DNA of 64,000 nucleotides from Candidatus Saccharimonadota bacterium (GTDB taxonomy: Bacteria > Patescibacteriota > Saccharimonadia > Saccharimonadales > JAGQNJ01), in the NCBI GenBank assembly GCA_036826295.1, contig DAISWO010000002.1, positions 77,963 through 141,962 of the forward strand, read 5' to 3'. The translations under genes and the position numbers were made by a program. Below, one piece after another: positions 56,116 to 62,598 of the stretch. The stretch's first letter is position 1. Every line of letters begins with the position of its first letter. Under the pieces are notes generated by a model. It did not search any database and was not told the origin of the DNA. It saw nothing but the letters and a program-made list of their open reading frames with translations.

Positions 56116-56427
56116 ATGTATGAGAATTTGAAGGATAGACTAAAAAAAGATTTTGATGTTGATCTGGACATATCAGGCGGTAATGGTAAAAGCTTAGCTG
56201 ATCCAATCGTAATCAACCAAAGTATTAGAGACTGTGTTGGTACAGAATATTATATTGTTAAGTTAATTTTTCAAGCAATGGGCAAAGAGTGGAAAACCGT
56301 AAAACAAACTATAGTTACTGCAGCTGACAAGAAAATTGATCAACTTACCATTGAAGTAACTGATGTTGACGGGGCTAAACACGAAACAGATTTTTATTTC
56401 GACATAACCAAGCATATTAAAAATTAA
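56116..56427 (+). CDS. hypothetical protein (103 aa), last gene of the defence cassette
   Basis: ORF with GGGAGA SD; no motif. Confidence 0.45.
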   Translation: MYENLKDRLKKDFDVDLDISGGNGKSLADPIVINQSIRDCVGTEYYIVKLIFQAMGKEWKTVKQTIVTAADKKIDQLTIEVTDVDGAKHETDFYFDITKHIKN

Positions 56428-56539
56428 TGGGGTTTGAAATACTTTTTGGTTGTATTGATGCTGATAAAAAATCAATACTACCCTGGGGTTTGAAATACTT
56501 TTTGGTTGTATTGATGCTGATAAAAAATCAATACTACCC
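56428..56539 (+). repeat. perfect tandem duplication of a 56-nt unit, followed by a diverged partial third unit starting at 56540
   Basis: TGGGGTTTGAAATACTTTTTGGTTGTATTGATGCTGATAAAAAATCAATACTACCC x2; each unit contains hairpin GTATTGAT/ATCAATAC. Confidence 0.92.
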
Positions 56540-56836
56540 TGGGATTTGAAAGGTGTCTCTGAATTTTCCTGAGCAGAGGTTGTGCCTGTTTGAGTTATTT
56601 TCCCCTCTCAAACACTGACGTAGCGAATTTGTTTTTGGTTGAATCATTTTCGAGGACCACTCCCGAACCATACAATAGAATAATGTTCGGGAGCGCTTTG
56701 CGTTCCGCAGAAACGATCAAAAACTAATTTGTGACCATCACGTGGCTTGAGCCGGGGCGGCACTTTGCCATACTTTCTTGCTGACTGAGAAAGTATGAAA
56801 AATCCGCAAACCGTAGGATCGTAAGAAAAGTATTTT
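56540..56836 (-). repeat. structured repeat SR-B (inverted relative to SR-A, C, D, E)
   Basis: Reverse complement carries P1 CATACTTTCT/AGAAAGTATG (56769-56797). The 24-nt block at 56742-56765 is identical to SR-A. CTGCGGAACGCAAAGCG (56694-56710). Hairpin CTCCCGAAC/GTTCGGGAG. GTCCTCG. Confidence 0.88.
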
Positions 56837-56867
56837 GATATAGCGGAGTTCAGACCTCTAAATAAGT

Positions 56868-56873
56868 TATACT
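56868..56873 (+). promoter_or_regulatory. -10 box TATACT 6 nt before ATG 56880
   Basis: read directly. Confidence 0.4.
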
Positions 56874-56879
56874 TGCACT

Positions 56880-57572
56880 ATGGATAACAATATTCGTCTT
56901 AAAGAATTGAAAGAGTTATCATCAATCGAAATACCGGCTGGCACTAATAGACTTCAAACCGCTCTTTTAATTGCTGATTTTGCCCATAGTGCTTTTTCGC
57001 ACAACGGCGACAGCAAACCCAGCTCATCTGACCCTGTGACTATACTGACAGAAGCACAGGCAGGTTCAAGCTTCAGATGCGTAGAATACAGTCACCTAGC
57101 CGCATGGCTTATGGTCGCCCACGGGATTGATGTCCGGACGTTGAACATTATGAACAAAGACGTCGAAACAATGGAATATGGCGCCGGTCATGTCGTTGTT
57201 GAATTTTATGAAGGCAAACAACACGGTTGGGTCATGGCGGATATCCAGGCGGGTGTTGTCGCCAGACAAGGAGGCGTGTTGCAATCAGCTTTTGAGCTAA
57301 GAGATTCTTTAGATGAAGCAAGCATAGAAGATTTTAGAGGGAATAAATTCGTCGCAGCGAAAGGGATGTTTGGCGGCAATTACAAAGAATGGCTCCGACC
57401 GTACCTATATTTTATAGACAGGTCAAAAAAACTTAATTACGAATACTCTGACGACTCAGAGCCGCATTTAATACTGGTGCCTGACGGCGGTAAGCCACCC
57501 AAGTTTTTTCAGCGGAATCATAAGCTCAATCTTATTGTTACGTCGCCTGATGTTTTTTATAAAGTAAAATAA
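56880..57572 (+). CDS. transglutaminase-like (Cys-His-Asp) domain protein
   Basis: SFRCVEYSHLAAWLMVAHGIDVR .. GAGHVVVEFY .. GWVMADIQ spacing typical of the TGase core. Confidence 0.55.
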   Translation: MDNNIRLKELKELSSIEIPAGTNRLQTALLIADFAHSAFSHNGDSKPSSSDPVTILTEAQAGSSFRCVEYSHLAAWLMVAHGIDVRTLNIMNKDVETMEYGAGHVVVEFYEGKQHGWVMADIQAGVVARQGGVLQSAFELRDSLDEASIEDFRGNKFVAAKGMFGGNYKEWLRPYLYFIDRSKKLNYEYSDDSEPHLILVPDGGKPPKFFQRNHKLNLIVTSPDVFYKVK

Positions 57573-57595
57573 ATATAGTATGGAGCGGAAGGTCT

Positions 57596-58096
57596 TTGGT
57601 CATAGTTTGCAGTTTTCCTGTGCATCTGGTTTTCCTAAGCAGATGTTCTATTTGTATTTACTACCACAATCCTACTGCCAGTGAACTGGCAATCGGTTGT
57701 CGCCACGCCTCGACTCGGGCAATAATTTGCGCCGGGCTTCCGGCCTTGCAAACTGCCACAGGCAGTTCTCACCTTATCAAAAAACAGAGGGAATGGGAGG
57801 TTTATTGTCCGAATGAATGCTGAGGACTAATCCGATTCCATACAATGGAATAATGAATCGGATCGCTTGCGTTCCACAAGCACGGACTAGAAACATCCCA
57901 AGACCATCTATCTTTTTGATAGGGCGGCTTTTTTGCATACTTTGGTAGCTGCAGACAAAAGTATGAAAATATATTTCAAAGCTTTGTTTTTTGTTTCGCA
58001 GGGCACCTTTGCCATTCCGCTAGACAGCAGATTCTTACTGACTGAGAAAGTATGTGAAATTCGCGAACCGTAGGATCACAAGAAAAATGTTTTGTA
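57596..58096 (-). repeat. structured repeat SR-F (composite: full core plus a second partial copy of the P1-side end)
   Basis: Reverse complement has CTTGTGGAACGCAAGCG + ATCCGATTC/GAATCGGAT + TAGTCCTCAGC (57819-57880). P1 at 57946-57975. 58040-58096 repeats SR-B 56780-56836. Confidence 0.8.
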
Positions 58097-58219
58097 GTTT
58101 TGGGCTGGTGTAAGAGTTCTGTGCTCTAGACGTTTGTCTGTACCTGTTCTATGGCACTATCGTCTTTGATATCAGTACGCATAATTGTTGGTAAGACCGA
58201 AACAGGCTAGAATTAAGCC

Positions 58220-58510
58220 ATGAAGAAACTCGTAATTATATCGTTTATAGTAGCGGCGATAATCTTCTTGTTACTACCATCACGCAGCGAAGAACTTTAC
58301 AGATGCCCCGACGGGTCTACTGTTTGTCCAGCCTTATACTCGTCTGAGACTAAACAATTCACCGGTATGACTCTTTACGGATTATTGACACCAGATAATG
58401 AAGCCGACGACCAAACCTACAGCGATTTAGCTAGAAATTCACTGATCTTTATTCCACCTTTTATTCTTCTAAGTGTTTATCTATACAACAAAAGAAAAAC
58501 CCACAAATAA
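58220..58510 (+). CDS. small membrane protein (96 aa)
   Basis: N- and C-terminal TM helices. Confidence 0.45.
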   Translation: MKKLVIISFIVAAIIFLLLPSRSEELYRCPDGSTVCPALYSSETKQFTGMTLYGLLTPDNEADDQTYSDLARNSLIFIPPFILLSVYLYNKRKTHK

Positions 58511-58531
58511 CCAAAATTTGTTGATATTTGT

Positions 58532-59221
58532 TTAGGCTACTTTTTGGTCTTGAATATATTCGGGGCCTAAATTGATGTCCGTAACGTTTGGCGACCTGCG
58601 CAGAGCAAGCACTGGATGCCCGGTGACTAGTTCTCCGATCAAAAAGGGGCGATTATCTGATGGAGGATTGCCCATGAAGTCGGGATTAAAATCCTGATCG
58701 GATAGTGTCGCCTGAAGCGCCCCCAGTACCATCATTGTGTCCTCATTCCTCTCCATAGAGAGTTCTTTGAATACTTCTTCAATTTGCTTGGTTGTGTGGT
58801 ATCCACCAATTCCGATACCTGTCTCGGCAACTGACTCAATAACGTTCGACTTGCCAGCACCGGGATACGATAGGAAACGTTCGCCATCAAATGTCCCAGC
58901 AACAACATACTCAATGATTATTCGTGTAGTCTTATATACTGCCTCTGGATCGTTATATTTTTCGCGTGCGATTGCTCCGAGCATGGTTGAAGCAAACAAG
59001 TCTAATCCATTAGCAATTTCCTCCGGTTGTTCAGCTATTTTCTCTAAATACTGTCCAGATTCACGCTGTAATAAATGACCGAGCTCAGCCTCGGCCCACT
59101 GGCAAGCTGTCTCGTAATTGTTTGAATCTGATTCAAAATTCGTTGACATTTTTACTCCATTTATTATTGATGAGCAACGTATTATTATAATGCATTTAAG
59201 ATATGTTTGCAATATGTCCAC
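58532..59221 (-). CDS. hypothetical protein (229 aa or shorter)
   Basis: ORF only. Confidence 0.5.
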   Translation of the reverse strand: MDILQTYLKCIIIIRCSSIINGVKMSTNFESDSNNYETACQWAEAELGHLLQRESGQYLEKIAEQPEEIANGLDLFASTMLGAIAREKYNDPEAVYKTTRIIIEYVVAGTFDGERFLSYPGAGKSNVIESVAETGIGIGGYHTTKQIEEVFKELSMERNEDTMMVLGALQATLSDQDFNPDFMGNPPSDNRPFLIGELVTGHPVLALRRSPNVTDINLGPEYIQDQKVA

Positions 59222-59253
59222 GATTAAGTTCTTGGCCCATGATGTTAAAAATT

Positions 59254-59455
59254 CGTACTACTTTTGTTTAGTTTAAAAAGCAATGTAGGACCATCGTATT
59301 CCTGTTAGCCAACTGAAGTGAAATCTTTTGTTTTTGGATAGCTATTGTGGAAAGACAAGCACCCTTCGCAATTATTTTAGACTATTGGCGCAAAGTAGTT
59401 CTCGGAATTGACTCAACTAAAAACAAACCCATTCACTTAACGTCAGGAGAGGCAC
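59254..59455 (+). repeat. structured repeat SR-G (degenerate)
   Basis: ATTGTGGAAAGACAAGC 59344-59360, AGTTCTCGG 59396-59404, TCAGGAGAGG tail, decayed P1 TACTACTTTTG..AAAAAGCAATG. Confidence 0.55.
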
Positions 59456-59512
59456 ACAGAATACTGCAGAACATGATTGCATTTGCTAATATTATGTGTT
59501 ATAGTTATATAT

Positions 59513-60028
59513 ATGAGTGAATTTATATCATTAGGAGAAATAATAACAGAGCCCGATGGGAGCAATCTGGTCCCTGTTGCTGTTTACAAAGCAATAGACG
59601 TACAAACAACTTCAGACCCTGAAGGCAACAAAGTCTATGAGGTGGTAATAGAGCGTCCTGTTGAGCAAGAAGAACGTTATTATCCTGAATTCGGCCTTTA
59701 TTCAGATGTGCCATATTTAAGGACTGTTGTTGTCCCCGAACAAGATGTTATTACTACTGATAATTCTCCAGACGCCAAATACAGACTATTTAGCGGTGTA
59801 GTCGTAGAGCGTGCTCCTCGCGGTCCATCTCGATTAGATCTAATGGGCAGTTTCGACGAACTTCTAGAAGCATCTAATGGAGACGATCAAGAGGAAGTTG
59901 CCGTTGCTCGTGCAGCCGCACTTGGTGCGTTACATCGCTGCGTGATTGATGAATTTCGGCCGATAACAAATTCTAGTGGTCAAGCTCAAGTTGACCCAAG
60001 ACCACTATTGGTAGGTAAAACACAATAG
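59513..60028 (+). CDS. hypothetical protein (start moved to ATG 59513 behind TGtTATAGT)
   Basis: ORF; extended -10 about 6 nt upstream. Confidence 0.5.
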   Translation: MSEFISLGEIITEPDGSNLVPVAVYKAIDVQTTSDPEGNKVYEVVIERPVEQEERYYPEFGLYSDVPYLRTVVVPEQDVITTDNSPDAKYRLFSGVVVERAPRGPSRLDLMGSFDELLEASNGDDQEEVAVARAAALGALHRCVIDEFRPITNSSGQAQVDPRPLLVGKTQ

Positions 60029-60101
60029 CACAACAAAGTCCTTGTTATTGCCTTGGTGTTTAATTAATCCTCAAATACTGAAGAGGTCTTATTTGCATGT
60101 T

Positions 60102-60995
60102 CTAATTAATTAGAGTTTGTAACCCAACCCACACATATTCCCATGGCTCTGGCTCTGGGCCCTGATCATCCACACCCTCAGGATAGCTAGGTAGGAAACC
60201 AACTGTTTTTGCGACTTTGTAATTATCTTTCTTTAGCCAATTAAAACAAACGGTGTATTTAAACGACTTCTGACCGTCGCCACACACAAAATCAACGGTG
60301 TAGCCGTTATGGTGTCTAGAGTAGCCGGGAGGGGCAGTAGTCAACAGCACGCTGGCAATTTTGTCATCAAGACTGCCACTTGGTATCTTGGCCACGTCAA
60401 CACCAGCCGAGGCCAATCTAGACACAAACAGACTCTTTTGAAGCTCTATTGATCTATAGCCAGAATTTAACTTAAGGGGAATTCCAGCGCGATCAGCTTT
60501 ACTCTTTAGTGCTCTCCATGACAAATAGGCTTTTGGCTGAAGCAAATCATCTTCACCGAGTCCAGGCTCGTTAGTTTTTACAATTGGAAGTTTAGGAACC
60601 GAGCGGAGTAGATAGCCACGACTCTCAGCAATGGTTCTAATCCGTTTATCAGCATCAGCATTGCCAGTGATATCAGGCGGGCTACTTAAAGGGGCGGTAT
60701 TAGGATAAACAATTGTCTCGTATAATTTTTGTATCTGATCGCCGGTCAAATAGTTAAAGTTAGAGTCGCTAACACCAGCCACTTTTGATGAATCTACTTC
60801 AATACTGGTCGCAAGTGTCGCGTTATTATCTTGATGCTTTAAAGCAGTTTCTTTATATGAGTTGGCAAGTGATAAAAATAATAAGCTAATAATTAACAGG
60901 CCAGCAATAATTACCAGAGGCCGAGTGTGCGTACGTTTTGATCTAGATATTTTTTTTCGAGATTGATGTCTGGTTTTTGGTTCGATTATTCTCAT
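60102..60995 (-). CDS. VanY/M15-family peptidase, membrane anchored
   Basis: SGYRSIELQ, GYSRHHNGYTVDF, EPWEYVW; N-terminal TM. Confidence 0.78.
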   Translation of the reverse strand: MRIIEPKTRHQSRKKISRSKRTHTRPLVIIAGLLIISLLFLSLANSYKETALKHQDNNATLATSIEVDSSKVAGVSDSNFNYLTGDQIQKLYETIVYPNTAPLSSPPDITGNADADKRIRTIAESRGYLLRSVPKLPIVKTNEPGLGEDDLLQPKAYLSWRALKSKADRAGIPLKLNSGYRSIELQKSLFVSRLASAGVDVAKIPSGSLDDKIASVLLTTAPPGYSRHHNGYTVDFVCGDGQKSFKYTVCFNWLKKDNYKVAKTVGFLPSYPEGVDDQGPEPEPWEYVWVGLQTLIN

Positions 60996-61068
60996 GGTTA
61001 TTTTGTCTTATTTTAGTTTATCATCATAATTGTATAACAACAGAGAATAAGCTACAATTTAACAGTTA

Positions 61069-61084
61069 TATTTCGGGATCGTCT
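61069..61084 (+). repeat. 16-nt duplicate of the tRNA-Gln 5' end (TATTTCGGGATCGTCT) followed by hairpin TCCGCC-ggtt-GGCGGA
   Basis: Identical to 61120-61135. Confidence 0.85.
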
Positions 61085-61122
61085 TCCGCCGGTTGGCGGA
61101 GGTAAGATGCTTAAAAAACTAT

Positions 61123-61196
61123 TTCGGGATCGTCTAATGGTAGGACACTGGTTTTTGGTACCAGCAATCTAGGTTCAAATCCTAGTCCCGAAGCCA
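61123..61196 (+). tRNA. tRNA-Gln (anticodon UUG), U1-A72, CCA encoded
   Basis: TTCGGGA/TCCCGAA acceptor, CTGGT-TTTTGGT-ACCAG, CTAGG-TTCAAAT-CCTAG; 74 nt. Confidence 0.9.
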
Positions 61197-61241
61197 TCCT
61201 TCGTCACTATGCTTTAAACGCATAGTTATGAAGGATTTTTT
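61196..61241 (+). terminator. tRNA-trailer hairpin/terminator (family copy 2)
   Basis: ATCCTTC-gtca-CTATGC..GCATAG-ttat-GAAGGAT + TTTTTT. Confidence 0.7.
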
Positions 61242-61249
61242 CGTTATAT

Positions 61250-61290
61250 GGAGTTGAACCTTGGTCGTAAACAGCCTAGTGGCTGTTTAC
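61250..61290 (+). repeat. T-arm-like mini-element (GGAGTTGAACC + GTAAACAG/CTGTTTAC hairpin)
   Basis: Same architecture as 15443-15488 and 62061-62106. Confidence 0.65.
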
Positions 61291-61354
61291 GTTTTACTCT
61301 CTTGTCTGTATGCGCGTTGGCTACGCCAACTAGTCGCTAACAGATGATGAACAG

Positions 61355-61445
61355 TCCTAGTCTAGGGAGCCATCCTTCGTCGCAAACCCATTGATGGGTT
61401 AGCTATGAAGGATTGTTGCGTTCTATGGGTTTGAACCTTGATAGT
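61355..61445 (+). repeat. second trailer module: degenerate tRNA-Gln 3' end + ATCCTTC..GAAGGAT hairpin (inner stem swapped) + TATGGGTTTGAACC
   Basis: GTCCTAGTCTAGGGAGCCATCCTTCGTCGC compared with the tRNA end ATCCTAGTCCCGAAGCCATCCTTCGTCAC. Confidence 0.7.
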
Positions 61446-61462
61446 GCTAGTCACATAAGCTT

Positions 61463-61471
61463 TGATATAAT
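61463..61471 (+). promoter_or_regulatory. extended -10 (TGaTATAAT) 6 nt before ATG 61478
   Basis: read directly. Confidence 0.5.
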
Positions 61472-61477
61472 TTTAGT

Positions 61478-62023
61478 ATGTCAGAGAATCCAAAAGTACT
61501 TCTTATAACCGGTCCTTCTGGAAGTGGTAAAAGCACTTTGGCGCAAAGCGTAGCTGAAAAACTTGACTGGGCATACGTGTGCGAGGACGACTTTTGGGTT
61601 AAAACAGGTTGGGGTGTAGATATTAGAACAGCTGAACAAGAACGGGTAATTCAAACCCAGGTCAATAGCAAAGTAACTGATGAATTAAATAAAGATAAGG
61701 GTGTTGTGCTTGAGTTTATACTATACAAAAAAGCACCAAACACCCTCACAGCCTATCAAGAAAGTCTTACCAATAGCGGTATAGAGTTTGACACAATCGC
61801 ACTAAAACCTCCCGTTGGCGAAATCCTTAATAGAATTGCCAACAGAGGGAGAGCAGCAGATCTAGACAACCCAAAGCGACGACTACAAGAAGTAGAGAGC
61901 CAGCTACAAGTTATTGAGCCAGAACTGATTCATCCCGGTTTAATGATAGATCCTACCGGAATGTCTATAGATTTGCTTCGCGACATGTGTATAGAGCGAA
62001 TTTTTCACTCCCCTCATATTTAA
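61478..62023 (+). CDS. P-loop NTPase/kinase
   Basis: LITGPSGSGKSTLA Walker A. Confidence 0.6.
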   Translation: MSENPKVLLITGPSGSGKSTLAQSVAEKLDWAYVCEDDFWVKTGWGVDIRTAEQERVIQTQVNSKVTDELNKDKGVVLEFILYKKAPNTLTAYQESLTNSGIEFDTIALKPPVGEILNRIANRGRAADLDNPKRRLQEVESQLQVIEPELIHPGLMIDPTGMSIDLLRDMCIERIFHSPHI

Positions 62024-62060
62024 ACGTATTTAGCTCTACTAATGGCCCAGCTCGCTATAT

Positions 62061-62106
62061 GGATTTGAACAGTCAGGCGAAAACAGTCAGGGACTGTTTG
62101 AGTTAT
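62061..62106 (+). repeat. T-arm-like mini-element (GGATTTGAAC-AGTC-AGGCGAAAACAG..CTGTTTGAGTTAT)
   Basis: Close copy of 15443-15488; fills the gap before the deaminase gene. Confidence 0.75.
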
Positions 62107-62115
62107 ACTTATATC

Positions 62116-62598
62116 ATGAATGACGAAGACTTTATGAAACTTGCAATCGAGACCGCACAAAAGGCAGAGGCCGATGGTGGTGCAGCAATTGGTGCAATAA
62201 TGGTAAAAGACGGCAAGATTATAGCTAAAGGCTTAAGCAACCCTTGGGGCAAACGCGATCCATCCAATCATGGCGAGATTGACTGTATCCGTCACTGCGC
62301 CAAAGACAATGACCTCATGGATATGCAGGGCTGTACGATGTACGGCACGCTTGAACCGTGTTCTATGTGTGTTGGTGCTGCGCTCTGGGCTGGTGTGGAC
62401 CGTATAGTATTTGGCGCCTACGCTATAGATGTGGCCGGCAACGAGTACGAATACGATAATTACAGCGCGGAAGCATTGGCTAAGACATCTAGAAAAGCTG
62501 CCGACCCATCCCGAGGTAAAATCGAGATTATCGGCGGTGTACTCCGCGAAGAGTGCAAAGCACTACTAAATAATTACAAAGGCTGGCAAAAAACATGA
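62116..62598 (+). CDS. CMP/dCMP-type zinc deaminase (TadA/RibD-deaminase/guanine-deaminase-like); start moved to ATG 62116
   Basis: HGEIDCIRH and PCSMCVGA zinc motifs; the track ORF N-terminus (61987-62115) covers a repeat. Confidence 0.8.
   Translation: MNDEDFMKLAIETAQKAEADGGAAIGAIMVKDGKIIAKGLSNPWGKRDPSNHGEIDCIRHCAKDNDLMDMQGCTMYGTLEPCSMCVGAALWAGVDRIVFGAYAIDVAGNEYEYDNYSAEALAKTSRKAADPSRGKIEIIGGVLREECKALLNNYKGWQKT

Noticed and set aside
56428-56555. Possible CRISPR array
   Set aside because: There are only two perfect 56-nt units directly abutting each other, with no unique spacers and no cas genes. This is a tandem duplication, not a CRISPR array.
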